Shown one piece after another: positions 41,291 through 51,561 of a stretch of 64,000 nucleotides of DNA. The stretch comes from a virus. The notes beneath the pieces were generated by a model. It was given only the letters and a program-made list of their open reading frames with translations, was not told the origin of the DNA and searched no databases. The translations under genes and the position numbers were made by a program. Location: positions 12,196-76,195 of IMG/VR virus record IMGVR_UViG_3300034816_000006. One strand, written 5' to 3'. Within the stretch, counting starts at the first letter, position 1, and every line of letters begins with the position of its first letter.

Positions 41291-41641
41291 ATGGCCGCAA
41301 CGATCGACCCATCGGCTTCGAGGCGCGAGTTGCTGGTGCAACTCCTGCTGACCGTCGACGCCAATCACGCAACCATCCTCGAAAGGCTACAGACCATGGA
41401 CCAGAGAATTCAGACCGTTATCGACGGCGAGGCAGCCGAACGCGCCCAGATCGAGCTCCTGATCGCCGCGTTCCAGGCGCAGGCTCCGTTACTCGCGTCG
41501 CTGCAGCAGCAGATCGCCGACCTCCGCGCCAATGGCTTCCTGACGGACGAGCAGGCCGGCGCACTGGCTGCGACCGCCGCGAACATGGCGGCCGAAGCGT
41601 CGAAGGTGTCGACTGTGCTGACCCCACCGCCCGCGCCGTGA
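41291..41641 (+). CDS. Coiled-coil hypothetical protein
   Basis: Heptad-rich LLASLQQQIADLRAN. Confidence 0.6.
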   Translation: MAATIDPSASRRELLVQLLLTVDANHATILERLQTMDQRIQTVIDGEAAERAQIELLIAAFQAQAPLLASLQQQIADLRANGFLTDEQAGALAATAANMAAEASKVSTVLTPPPAP

Positions 41642-42323
41642 AGCGCCAAGACGTCGCCGTCGGCATGCTGGTCCTGCTCGCGATCGGCGCTGCGGTGATG
41701 TTGGTGGTCGCGCAGATCTGGGTTGCGATCGGCGGGTGAGGCTGCGAGACTGGCCGACGATGAGCCGGTCCGTCACCCCGCGTCAACTACGAGAGCGCAT
41801 CGCCCGTGCCGTTGATGAGCGGCAAGTCGATCCGTGTCTGGACGAGTTCTATGACGACGGCAGGACGTGCGACGGTCAGAACTGCGACCTGTGCAACCCG
41901 GGCTTCTACGAGGAGCAGGCGATCCAACGACGGATGGCAGTCGAGGTGCCGAAGTTCTCGGTCGCTGATCGCGTGCTGGCACAGGCCGGCATTCTGATCG
42001 TTCTCGCTGCTTAGCGCTTCGGCGCTGCGATCCGCAGCTCCTCGAGCACGTGAGCGATCCGCCACGGCCTTAGTTCGCGCGTCGGCCGCTCGAGCAGCTC
42101 GCAGTCCACGGCGGCGATCGCCGGCCCGCGGCAGGTCACGATGACGCAGACGGCCGCCCTCACGGAATCACCGGCAGCTTCGTCGTAACCGCCATGCTCG
42201 CGGTGTTGCGCGGGTAGCGGCGCCTGGGCTCGGGCATCGACGGGGCAACGGTCCAGGTCCAGTTGGTCGGCAGGGGCTGCGTCGTGGTCATGCCTATAGG
42301 TTCGGTCGCGGCGTGGCGGTTGA

Positions 42324-42474
42324 CAGGTAGCGATCGGGTTGCAGGTGCGGGTGTGGCACTGGTGCGGTACTGTTGCAGGTGTGGTTCGACCGCATGCGCA
42401 ATCAGCTTGCAGGTGCCCTACTACAGTGCGACACCTTCATCGGTGTTGCGACACCCGGTCCGGATTGGTAGGGT
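42324..42474 (+). promoter_or_regulatory. Repeat array plus promoter upstream of the zinc-finger/terminase operon
   Basis: TTGCAGGTG x3 at a 34-bp period (42339, 42373, 42407); TGCGACACC x2 (42427, 42447); TTGCGA-N17-TAGGGT with TG extension. Confidence 0.55.
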
Positions 42475-42489
42475 CGTCTTGCACTGGCA

Positions 42490-43164
42490 GTGAGTACCGA
42501 AGCTGTAGCCGTCGCAACGACAGCGCCTGATCCGGCGCGGATGAGCTACGAGGAGAAGAAGTCGCAGGGCTGGTGCACACGGCGCTGGTGCCGCACGCCC
42601 GCATCGCTGGCGGATGACTCTCAGTTGTGCCAGCGCCATCTCAAGCGCAAGCGTGAGCAGGATGCCGCGTCCGCTGCCCGGCGCCGTGCTGCACGAGAGG
42701 CGGATGGCCTGTGTGTGTGGTGCCCTGCCGCCAAGCCGAGGCCCGCAACGCAGGGCTCCACGGCGTGCCTGCCGTGCCGCATCAAGCGGAACCGCCTCAA
42801 GATTGAGGATGGTGTCGGCACCCGACTAGGGCACCAGGACCGCGCCGCTGCGATCGCTGCAGCTACCCGCAAAGATCCGGACGGCCGGACTCGCTACCAC
42901 GGCCAGGGTCGTCGTGGCCAGCAGACCTACGCGACGCTTAACGCGCAGGACCTCCGCCTAGCGAAGACACGATGGGAGCCGTTCAGCGCGGGCGTAACGA
43001 TCATGGACACCGAGGAATTCAAGGCGCTACATCGCGGAGAGCGCGAGGAGGTCAAGAAGGCCATCTGCCGCGTCGGCAATCTGCTCTCCGGCCACATCGA
43101 CGACATCCTGGAGCGACTCGGGCACTTTCAGACGCGGCACGGCCGCAGAGACGAGGACAAGTGA
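42490..43164 (+). CDS. Zinc-finger protein (CxxC repeats like 23771..24493)
   Basis: GWCTRRWC...LCQRH and GLCVWC...ACLPC. Confidence 0.65.
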   Translation: MSTEAVAVATTAPDPARMSYEEKKSQGWCTRRWCRTPASLADDSQLCQRHLKRKREQDAASAARRRAAREADGLCVWCPAAKPRPATQGSTACLPCRIKRNRLKIEDGVGTRLGHQDRAAAIAAATRKDPDGRTRYHGQGRRGQQTYATLNAQDLRLAKTRWEPFSAGVTIMDTEEFKALHRGEREEVKKAICRVGNLLSGHIDDILERLGHFQTRHGRRDEDK

Positions 43165-43977
43165 GCGAAGACAAACGCACGTGGACCAAGCTGCGGATCG
43201 CCACCGACGGCTACCCGGGCGGTAAGACGAAGATCGAAGCCGTGGATCCGGACGGCGCAACGATGATGCTCGACCTCGTCGATGACATCGAGTTCAGGTT
43301 CCTCGCCGACCGACCGGCCAAGTTCCGGCTTGGATTCTGCTTTGGCAACGATCTCGAGATCGAGGTCCCGGCGAAGGGCAATGCCCTCGCACGCATCATC
43401 GATCGCAGCAGTGCATGGGAGAGGCTGCATCGTGCTGTTCGGAACGTCCCCGACGACGGGATCGTCGGTGGTGCACCGGACTGGCTGGTCGAGCTGTATC
43501 GCGCCGCATCTGCCGCATCCATCCCGGAGGTGGATAAGTGACGCACTGGTATGGATGGCTGGGGCTTGGCTTCTTCGCCGGGTCGGCCATGGTCGACGGC
43601 GCTCGGCTCGTTCGGGCGGCCTGGCGGGATCCGCCGACCGGGGCCTACTCGAGGGAGAACTGGGGTCCGCTCTGGGTCGCAGCCTGGGTGACGCTCGCGG
43701 TCGCGATGGTGCTGGCGTGAGCGTCGACTATCGCCGCCTCGCCTCATCGCTGGCCTGGACCGCACTGTTGTGGTGCGTGTACTTCGCCGTGATCTACGGC
43801 GTCTTCTTCGGCGCGCGGTGGATCGACATGACTGCCTACAACCGTGGATTCACGGTCGGCATCGCGTGCTCGTTCATCGGATCAATCGCTTGGGACCTGA
43901 CCAAGCGCGCGTTCCGCCCGTACCGGCGGTCGACGATGATGTGTCGGCAGCGGCTCGGCAACGAGGACTGCGACTGA
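43161..43977 (+). CDS. Hypothetical genes (43161-43541; membrane proteins 43538-43720 and 43717-43977)
   Basis: GTGA coupling; two-TM hydrophobic patterns. Confidence 0.55.
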
Positions 43978-44263
43978 TGGCCCGCGTCGGCTCCAAGCCC
44001 AAGCACCCTGCGTCTGGTGTCCGCGCTGGGCCGTCAAGGACCACACCCTGTGCAGGCGGTGCCGCGATCGCAGTGTCGAGTATCAGCGTGCACTGCTCGC
44101 CCGACGTCGCGCGGTTCGCCTCTGCCGCGAGTGCGGCCTTAACCTCGACACGGACGGCTCGCGGTGCAAGGAGTGCAGGCGCCTGCGGAAGCTGCGGCCG
44201 TCGAGACAGAATGTGTATCGGCGCAGGAACGAGCGCGGGTACGCGGATAGGAGTACGAGATGA
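43977..44263 (+). pseudogene. Frameshifted zinc-finger gene (one C short at 44006-44008)
   Basis: Coupled ATG 43977 reads MARVGSKPKH. The -1 frame continues PCVWC...LCRRC...LCREC...RCKEC to a TGA overlapping ATG 44260, and has no start codon ahead of the fingers. Confidence 0.6.
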
Positions 44264-45226
44264 GCGACGTCAGTGTACTCAGGAAGTTAGGCATCCTCGC
44301 CGGCAGGGATGTTGCGTGCGAAGCATCTCGCGCTGTCCTGGCCAAGGCCCTCAAGGATCCAGCACACGCCCCAACCAGCGTGCTGATCGCATACCTGAAT
44401 CCGGTAGTGCTCGCCGCCGCGATCCCGCTCGATGCGGATGACGACTTCGAGGACAGGGCGATCGGCGTGCTGGCCACAGAGATTGACCGGAGGATCCCGG
44501 CCCAGCCGGAGGTAATGCGATGAGTGAGATCTGCATCTGTGGGCCAGACAACGAGCCGCATATGCTGCGCTGTCCAGTGCGGCAGCGTGAACTCGCGGCA
44601 GACAAGCAGCGCGCCAGGACCGGCTATGCCGTCGACATGGGCCACTCGCACGTCGTGTACACGGACTCGCCGCAGCGCGCAGCCATCCTCTCCGCGCTCA
44701 CCTCGCCCGAAGGCCGCGCCGCGATCCTCGCCGTGCTCGAGACCAAGGAGGCGCAGGAGAAGATCGTCGAGGCGGTCAAGCGGCACGAGGGCAGGGGGAA
44801 GCGATGAGCTTTACGCAGGACGAATGCCGGACACTGGTCGCCGGGTTCGCGGCGGCCTACAACGCAAGCCAGATCACGAACGGCCAGTACAGAGAACTGG
44901 TCGAGTTGATCAGGCGCGAGACGGTGTTCCGGGACGCTGAGCCACGACCCCGTGCCGGCCCGGTGACCGCAGCCTTCCTGCACACAATCGAGCAGGAATT
45001 CGGCTGGCCGTTCATCGTCTCGCACTGGACGCGACACACGACAGCCGAGGCCAAGGCAGCGGACCGCGAGGAATGGCTGATCGATGTCGCACGCAAGTTG
45101 CATCAGCGTTCGTTGCCGACGGAATCAACGCCTGCTGTCGATCTGGCGCTGCCCGAGCGTCTAGCCAAGCTCGAGCAACGCATGCGCGATCTGGAGTGCT
45201 CCAGCACGTCCAAGGACGAACGCTGA
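44260..45226 (+). CDS. Three hypothetical genes (44260-44523, 44520-44807, 44804-45226)
   Basis: ATGA coupling leading into terS. Confidence 0.6.
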
Positions 45227-45756
45227 TGAGCGCCGACGGCCGCGGCAAGAAGGCCGCCATCCGCCCGCGCCGCGCCAACGGAACGCTCGCCCCGGACGAT
45301 GCTTCACCCGAGGAACTCGCCGCACCTGACGATCGACCGTGGCAGTTCAAGAAGGGCGTGAGCGGCAACCCGGGGGGAAAGCCTAAGCTGCCCAAGATCC
45401 TGCGCGACCTGATCGGCGAGCTCACGAACAGCGGCGCCGACCTCGTGACCTGGATGAACAACGTCCGCACTGGCGTCGAGGACGGCATGAAAGACGACGC
45501 GCGCGTGCGCCTGGCCGCCGGCGAGTGGATGTGCGACCACTTCTTCGGCAAGGCCAAGCATACTGTTGCGCTGACCGATGGCGTGCCGGTCGAACCCTCG
45601 CCGCCTGTTCCGCTCGATGCGCTACTGCAGGTTCTCGACGACAAGGACCGCTCTGACCTCGAACGAATCCTGGTCAACTTCGAGATGGCGAAGCGCGACG
45701 GGCGTCTTGCGCTACCCGAGCCCGCACCGGACGTCGAGGACGCCGAAGTGCAGTGA
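45226..45756 (+). CDS. terS: Terminase small subunit (DUF5681-type)
   Basis: QFKKGVSGNPGGKPK motif; directly precedes terL. Confidence 0.75.
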   Translation: MSADGRGKKAAIRPRRANGTLAPDDASPEELAAPDDRPWQFKKGVSGNPGGKPKLPKILRDLIGELTNSGADLVTWMNNVRTGVEDGMKDDARVRLAAGEWMCDHFFGKAKHTVALTDGVPVEPSPPVPLDALLQVLDDKDRSDLERILVNFEMAKRDGRLALPEPAPDVEDAEVQ

Positions 45757-47543
45757 TGCTCCCCGCCGCGCGCATGCTCCTGACCGTCGTGCTGTGGCTA
45801 CTGGCCGCCGCGGCTCGCGTTCCACTCGATCCGCTGCCGGCTGCTCAGGCTGCGATCGCCGGCGCGACTGTGCCGCAGGAGCTTCTGATCCTGCTCGGTC
45901 ACAGCCGCGAGGCGCGCATGCGGCTGGTCAAACAGCGGTGCGAGGCGTGCTTCCTGGACTTCGTCGAGTTGATGTGGCCGGTCGTGGACCCAGGCCAGCC
46001 GTTCGTGCGTGGCAAGGTGCAGGAAGCGATCGCACTCCATCTCGAGGCAGTGCACTATGGCAAGATCAAGAATCTGCTGGCGCTGGTGCCGCCCGGCAGC
46101 ACGAAGACGTACCTGACGAATGTTTTCCTTCCAGCCTGGGAATGGGGGCCGCGGAGCCGCCCTGACCTGCGCTACATGTCGTGGTCCTACTCGCCGGACC
46201 TGACCCAGAAGGCGAATGAGGACTGTCGCAAAATCATCAAGCATCACCTGTACCAACGCTTCTGGGGCGATCGCTTCCAGCTGGAGAAAGATGCCGACGC
46301 CAAGTCCTACTACGCCAACAGCAAGGGCGGATGGCGTCGCTCGAGTTCGGTGCGCGGTGCGGCGACTGGGTTCCGCGCGGACCGCCTGATCTGGGATGAC
46401 CCGCACAACGTCAAGGAGGCCGATCGCGAGGCCGAGTTGATCGAGGCGACGCGCTGGTTCGCGCGCACGCTGCCGACTCGCGTTCGGAACATGAGCGGCG
46501 AGGTCAAGGTGCGCGTCCCGTTCTGGGTCCGCGATTGCCACGGCGACCTGCCCGACGATCCCGACGACCCGCGCCCGGTGACGGCATCGGCGACGATCGG
46601 CATCATGCAGCGCGTGCACCTGCACGACTGCGCTGGTCTCGTGCTGCGGAACCCCGCGCTCGGTTACGAGATCCTGCTCATCGAGATGCGCTACAAGGGT
46701 GACGCACACCCGGCTCGCAAGCTGCCGACGTGGCCCGGTTCGTCGATCGGCTACCACGACTGGCGCACGATAGTCGGCGATCTCGCTGACCCGGTTCGCT
46801 TCCCCGAGGCTGAGGTCTCCAAGCTCGAGGCGCAGCTCTCGCTCACTGGCGGCACCGACGCGATCGCGGCCCAGCTCGACCAATGGCCCATGCAGGAGGG
46901 CGGCGCATTGTTCAGTGGCGAGCAGATGCTTGTTGACGGCCTTCCCGTCGAGCCTGCCATGGTTCCGTCCGGCCCCGATCGCCGTGGCTGGGACTTCGCT
47001 GGCAGCACGGCGAAGAAGGCTGACCAGACCGCAGACGCGCGCGTGCGCCGCGGTGGCGACAAGGTGTTCTACCTGATGGACCACGACGCGATCCGGGGCG
47101 GGCCCGGCGCAGTGGACGACCATGTCCGCGCTAAGCACGTCAACGATCCGCGCGACGTGCACTGGTCGATCCCGCGCGACCCCGGCAGCGCTGGCATCCA
47201 CTTCGCGGCCTACGTGATCCGAGAGCTTACGCCCGGTCGGTACGTGGCCGACACGCCAGAGACCGGCAGCAAGGTCACACGCGCCAAGCCGGTCGCCGGT
47301 CAGTGCGCGATCAACAACTTCAAGATCGTGCGTCACCCGAACTGGGAACGCGCCCGTGATCAGCTCGTGGACTTCCCGTATGGCGACCACGACGACATCG
47401 TTGACGCGATCAGCCGGGCGTTCAGCGCGCATGTCGATCTGCCCGCGGTGGCCGAAGATCACGGCGGCTACTCCGGTACCGCTGACGAGCCGCAACCCGT
47501 GGTCTCGACGAGCGAATCGCCCCTAAATGATTGGTGCGCGTAG
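45753..47543 (+). CDS. terL: Terminase large subunit
   Basis: Walker A VPPGSTKT, Walker B LIWDDPHN, nuclease motifs GWDFA and HDDIVDA. Confidence 0.92.
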   Translation: MMLPAARMLLTVVLWLLAAAARVPLDPLPAAQAAIAGATVPQELLILLGHSREARMRLVKQRCEACFLDFVELMWPVVDPGQPFVRGKVQEAIALHLEAVHYGKIKNLLALVPPGSTKTYLTNVFLPAWEWGPRSRPDLRYMSWSYSPDLTQKANEDCRKIIKHHLYQRFWGDRFQLEKDADAKSYYANSKGGWRRSSSVRGAATGFRADRLIWDDPHNVKEADREAELIEATRWFARTLPTRVRNMSGEVKVRVPFWVRDCHGDLPDDPDDPRPVTASATIGIMQRVHLHDCAGLVLRNPALGYEILLIEMRYKGDAHPARKLPTWPGSSIGYHDWRTIVGDLADPVRFPEAEVSKLEAQLSLTGGTDAIAAQLDQWPMQEGGALFSGEQMLVDGLPVEPAMVPSGPDRRGWDFAGSTAKKADQTADARVRRGGDKVFYLMDHDAIRGGPGAVDDHVRAKHVNDPRDVHWSIPRDPGSAGIHFAAYVIRELTPGRYVADTPETGSKVTRAKPVAGQCAINNFKIVRHPNWERARDQLVDFPYGDHDDIVDAISRAFSAHVDLPAVAEDHGGYSGTADEPQPVVSTSESPLNDWCA

Positions 47544-47552
47544 CGTCAACTC
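47514..47552 (+). promoter_or_regulatory. Late promoter (portal)
   Basis: GAATCGCCCC at -39; TAGCGT-N6-GTG. Confidence 0.7.
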
Positions 47553-49013
47553 GTGGGCTTCTTCGGTAGCATCGGCAAGGCGTTCGCTAATGCGTTCGGC
47601 TTCGGCCCGCAGCCCAACGTTCCGCTCGACCAGTTCCACGGCGGCGACGGCGTCCAGGCCTACGGCGGGTTTCTGCCCACGGACGAGCATCGCCCGGAGC
47701 TGATCGGCCAGAAGAAGTGGGTCACGTACGCGAACGCGTACAACACCGCGGTCATCGCGACTGGCCTTCGCTACCGGGCCGGCCTGCTCGGTGGCGCGAA
47801 GTGGCACGCCGAACCGAATCCCCGTGGCGGCCCCGATGCGATGCGTGGCGTAGACATCATCCAGCAGGGCCTCATCGACGCGCAGATGCCGCGCTCGTGG
47901 CAGGCCACGGTGCGCAAGGCGTCGCTGTACACGTTCAGCGGATTCTCGCTGCATGAGTGGGCCATCAAGCGTCGCGTCGACGACGGCATGATCGTGTTCG
48001 CCGAGCTCGCGCACCGGCCACAGCACACGATCGACCGCTGGAACAAGCCGAGCGAGCAGGCCCCGTGGGACGCGGTGCACCAGCTGACACGCATGGGGAA
48101 CAGCTTCGTCATCCCGCGCGAGCGCCTGTTCTACTGCTGGGATGACCTACTCACGGACATGCCCGACGGCATGGGTCTCATGCGCCACGTCATCGAACTG
48201 GTGCGGCGGCTCAACGTGCTTGAGGGCCTCGAGGGATTGGGCTTCGAGACAGATCTGCGTGGCATGCCGATCGGGCGCGCGCCGATCCGGGCGCTCATGG
48301 CCGAGGCAGAGCAGAAGTTTCCGAACGACGCGGCCAAGATCAACGCGTACGTTTCCGAGAAGACGCAGACGCTGCGGACCGCGCTCACCAACATCGTCAA
48401 GAGCCCCGAGAAGCTACAATATCTGCTCCTCGACAGCGGCACGTACCAAGGCGTCGATCCGAACACGATCACCAGCGTCCAGCGCTGGGCGCTCGAGCTC
48501 CTGCGCGGTGAGACCGGGGCACTGCCCGAGATCAACGCTGCGATCGGCAGGCTCCAGCTCGAGATCGCCCGGGTGCTCGGGATCGAGTTCGCGATGATGG
48601 GCGCCGGTACTTCGGGCAGCAGGGCCATGCACGGCGACAAGACCTCGATGCTCGCGATGTCGTTGCAGACGACCCTCGTCGAGATCGGCAAGTTCGGGAC
48701 CAACGACTTGTGCAGGCCGCTGATCGCGCTCAACGGCCTGGACCCCGATACGTGCACGCCGACGCTTGTTGCTGAGCCGATCGCGACCGACGACATCCAG
48801 GTGGTGGCCGCGGCGCTGCAGTCCCTTGGCGCGAGCGGCCTGCCGCCGGATCACCCGGCATGGCCGGTGCTGTTCGACCGGATGAGCCTGCCATGGGCGC
48901 CGCCGGGCGCTGGGCTGCTCGGGCCACTTCCGCGTCAGGGTCCACCGGATCCGGCAGCGGGTGAGCAGGACGTGCCGGTGGATGACCTCCAGCAACAGGA
49001 CAAGGCGGCATGA
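47553..49013 (+). CDS. Portal protein (DUF935/Mu gp29-like)
   Basis: Position after terL; 486 aa; GFS..E, ETDLRGMP and GSRAM motifs. Confidence 0.85.
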   Translation: MGFFGSIGKAFANAFGFGPQPNVPLDQFHGGDGVQAYGGFLPTDEHRPELIGQKKWVTYANAYNTAVIATGLRYRAGLLGGAKWHAEPNPRGGPDAMRGVDIIQQGLIDAQMPRSWQATVRKASLYTFSGFSLHEWAIKRRVDDGMIVFAELAHRPQHTIDRWNKPSEQAPWDAVHQLTRMGNSFVIPRERLFYCWDDLLTDMPDGMGLMRHVIELVRRLNVLEGLEGLGFETDLRGMPIGRAPIRALMAEAEQKFPNDAAKINAYVSEKTQTLRTALTNIVKSPEKLQYLLLDSGTYQGVDPNTITSVQRWALELLRGETGALPEINAAIGRLQLEIARVLGIEFAMMGAGTSGSRAMHGDKTSMLAMSLQTTLVEIGKFGTNDLCRPLIALNGLDPDTCTPTLVAEPIATDDIQVVAAALQSLGASGLPPDHPAWPVLFDRMSLPWAPPGAGLLGPLPRQGPPDPAAGEQDVPVDDLQQQDKAA

Positions 49014-49597
49014 GCCTGTTCACCGTCACCATCGGCGCGAACACCTACGAGGTCTACAGCGACGTCGCAGCGGCCACCGTGTACATCGCGGCCATCTTCG
49101 GCCCGCAGTCAGCGGCGTGGCTTGCGTTGAGCGCCGATTCCCAGGCCCAGACGCTGGTCAGCGCGACGCGCTATCTTGACGAGCAGCCGTGGGACGGGAC
49201 GCGAAACGGTACGGGCGGCACGACGCTCCAGTGGCCGCGGGATAACGTGACGGTCGACGGGACAGCTGTCGACGCGACCACCGTGCCGCCAGAGTTCCCG
49301 AAGGCGCTGGCAGAGCTCGCCGTGCTCATCGCCGCGGACCCGACGCTGCCGGGCAAGGCGGACCAGGGCTCGAACATCCAGGCCGCGAACGCGGGCGGCG
49401 GGACGGGCGTCACGTTCTTCTCGCCCTCGAGCGCCAGGACCGGGACGGCCACCGTGATGCCGGTCGTGGTGCAGCGGCTCGTGGGCAAGTACCTGGCCAC
49501 CGCGGTCGCCAACGAGGGCGGCTACGCGGGCATCGGCAAGCCGTGCTCGTCGTTCGCCGCGGCGAACCAGTTCACGCTCGTGCACGGGGAGGAGTGA
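49010..49597 (+). CDS. Head-tail adaptor (DnaT-like family)
   Basis: YSDVAAATVY...ATRYLD...LQWPR motifs. Confidence 0.75.
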   Translation: MSLFTVTIGANTYEVYSDVAAATVYIAAIFGPQSAAWLALSADSQAQTLVSATRYLDEQPWDGTRNGTGGTTLQWPRDNVTVDGTAVDATTVPPEFPKALAELAVLIAADPTLPGKADQGSNIQAANAGGGTGVTFFSPSSARTGTATVMPVVVQRLVGKYLATAVANEGGYAGIGKPCSSFAAANQFTLVHGEE

Positions 49598-49600
49598 CGC

Positions 49601-49993
49601 ATGGGATTCCTCGACGGCGACATCGCGAACCTGGTCGGTAACGCGCTGATCGGCGCAGGCATGAGCAAGCCCGCGACTCTAATCAAGATTTCTCCCGGCA
49701 CGCGTGCGCCCGGTGCGATCAGCGCGGGTACCAATCCGATCGCGACTAGTTACGAGGTCCAGGCGATCCCGGCGAGCGTCACGCAGCTACGCGTCGACGG
49801 CTCACTGATCGCTGGCGTGAACCGCGTGATCAAGATCTTCGGCTCGACGTTGCCGGCCGGCATCACGCCGCGACCAGGCGACAAGATCACGTTGGACGGC
49901 GTGACGTCGGTGATCGTCGGCGACGCGGGTGGCAGTAGCGCGGTGACGGTGGACGCAGCTGGTGCCATGTTCACGACTCAGTGCAGGACCTGA
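49601..49993 (+). CDS. Head closure/head-tail joining protein
   Basis: Size, position and P.PGDKI motif. Confidence 0.65.
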   Translation: MGFLDGDIANLVGNALIGAGMSKPATLIKISPGTRAPGAISAGTNPIATSYEVQAIPASVTQLRVDGSLIAGVNRVIKIFGSTLPAGITPRPGDKITLDGVTSVIVGDAGGSSAVTVDAAGAMFTTQCRT

Positions 49994-49996
49994 CCC

Positions 49997-50965
49997 ATGG
50001 ACGCCGCGGGCATGGAGCGCGCGCAGAACGCCGCTGCGGCAGTAATCAAGCGCGCCTGGGTCGCAGCGCTACAGCACCTGCGCGCCGAGAACCCCGTCGA
50101 GTCGATCGCGATTCGCATGCACAGCGGCGAGCCGATCGTGGGCCTGGACGCCGCGATCGCCAGCTTCGCTGCAGCGGAGCGTCACGCCTACGCGACCGTC
50201 GGCGCGCAGACCGCGATGCACGCCAATGCACAGCTTCACACGACGGCGATCCGCAAGAAGGTGATCTACTTCGACGACGAGGATCGCTCGGTGATGTCCT
50301 GGGCCGAGCGCAATCGCTATGACCTGATCCGCGGGCTGACGCAGGAGCAGCGCGTGATGGTCCGGTTCGCGATGAGCGTGGCCCAGGAGACCGGCGAGAA
50401 TCCGCTGGTCACGGCGACGAGGATCCGCGACGAGATCGGGCTCACCGAGGCGCAAGCGCGCGCCGTCGAGAGCTACCGACAGTCGCTGGTCAAGGGGCGC
50501 TACGCCGATGCGCTGCAGCGCAAGCTGAGCGATGGTCGAAGTGACCGGACGATTCGAAGGGTCCGGGACCAGGACCTCGAGCTGACCGATGCACAGCTCG
50601 AGGGCGCGGTGTCGCGGTACCGGCAGAACATGCTGGTGCTCAGGTCAGAAACGATCGCCAGGACCGAGTCGCAACGGATCGCACATCAGGCCAGCGGCGA
50701 ACTGTACAGGCAGGCGATCGCACGCGGCGACATCCAGGCGGAGCAGATCGAGCAGGAGTGGCTGCACCACCCGAGCAAGAAAAGCGAGTTCGACCGCGAG
50801 TTTCACATCTCGATGCACGGCCAGAAGCGACCGTGGGGCGAGCCGTTCGAGAGCGGGCTCGGCAACCTGCTCATGTTTCCGGGCGATCCTGACGCGCCAC
50901 CCAAGGAGACGATCAGGTGCGCGTGTACGAGGACCGTAAGGATCGTGCCGTCACGCGCCGCGTAG
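49997..50965 (+). CDS. MuF / phage minor head morphogenesis protein
   Basis: ETIARTE, H..MHGQ and LMFPGDP...ETIRCAC motifs. Confidence 0.85.
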   Translation: MDAAGMERAQNAAAAVIKRAWVAALQHLRAENPVESIAIRMHSGEPIVGLDAAIASFAAAERHAYATVGAQTAMHANAQLHTTAIRKKVIYFDDEDRSVMSWAERNRYDLIRGLTQEQRVMVRFAMSVAQETGENPLVTATRIRDEIGLTEAQARAVESYRQSLVKGRYADALQRKLSDGRSDRTIRRVRDQDLELTDAQLEGAVSRYRQNMLVLRSETIARTESQRIAHQASGELYRQAIARGDIQAEQIEQEWLHHPSKKSEFDREFHISMHGQKRPWGEPFESGLGNLLMFPGDPDAPPKETIRCACTRTVRIVPSRAA

Positions 50966-51136
50966 GCGTTCGAGTCCGAGGTTGCGGAGCCATGCGCTCA
51001 CGCTGCGCTTCCCATCCTGCCTCGCAGCGGCCTTGAACTCGCGGCGCTCATCGCGGGTGACGCGAACGGTCACAACAACCTCGCGTGCCGTACCAGCGGC
51101 AGGCTTCGGGCCTGTGCGTGCGCCGCGGGAGTTCAT
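50951..51136 (-). CDS. Small RHH-like DNA-binding protein (third paralogue)
   Basis: RTGPKP...VVTVRVT...VSAWLRNL; nearly the same pattern as 3785..4009. Confidence 0.7.
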   Translation of the reverse strand: MNSRGARTGPKPAAGTAREVVVTVRVTRDERREFKAAARQDGKRSVSAWLRNLGLERLRGA

Positions 51137-51455
51137 CGCCAGCCCTTGACGCCGTGGGCGCGCAACCTGTCGAGCATGCGTTGGTAGAATCGCTCGCGCA
51201 TGAAGTCCTTGAGTGCTGGGTTCGTGCCACACGCGACATCTACCAGTTCGTCGAGGATCACAAGCAGGACTGCTGCTGGGTTTGCAGCCGCAGCGGATGC
51301 GATCTCATCGCGGGTGGTCACGCCTTCACCCAGTACACCGGCTGCCCGGTGCTCGTGCACACGCCAAGGAACTCGTACGTCGGTCGCTTCGGCTCTGCCG
51401 GACGATCCGTGCCTGTGACCACGACCGCTGCTTTCCCACGCCTCGTATTCGTCAT
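51133..51455 (-). CDS. Two small hypothetical proteins (51318-51455, 51133-51321)
   Basis: Promoter TTGCGG(51490-51485)-N16-TATGTT-N7-ATG with palindrome AATACGTATT; coupled ORFs. Confidence 0.6.
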
Positions 51456-51522
51456 GCCGAGCAACATAATACGTATTCGGTGATCCGCAAGGCCAGCGTC
51501 TGTGAGATTCGCCATGTGCCCG

Positions 51523-51561
51523 TAATCGCCCCGTTACCGACGAGCGGCGAGCCTACAGGAG
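51523..51561 (+). promoter_or_regulatory. Late promoter (878-aa protein)
   Basis: TAATCGCCCC at -39 from ATG 51562. Confidence 0.65.

Noticed and set aside
42339-42415. CRISPR mini-array from the 34-bp periodic repeats
   Set aside because: The repeat is only 9 bp and the unit is far shorter than repeat plus spacer; there are no cas genes.
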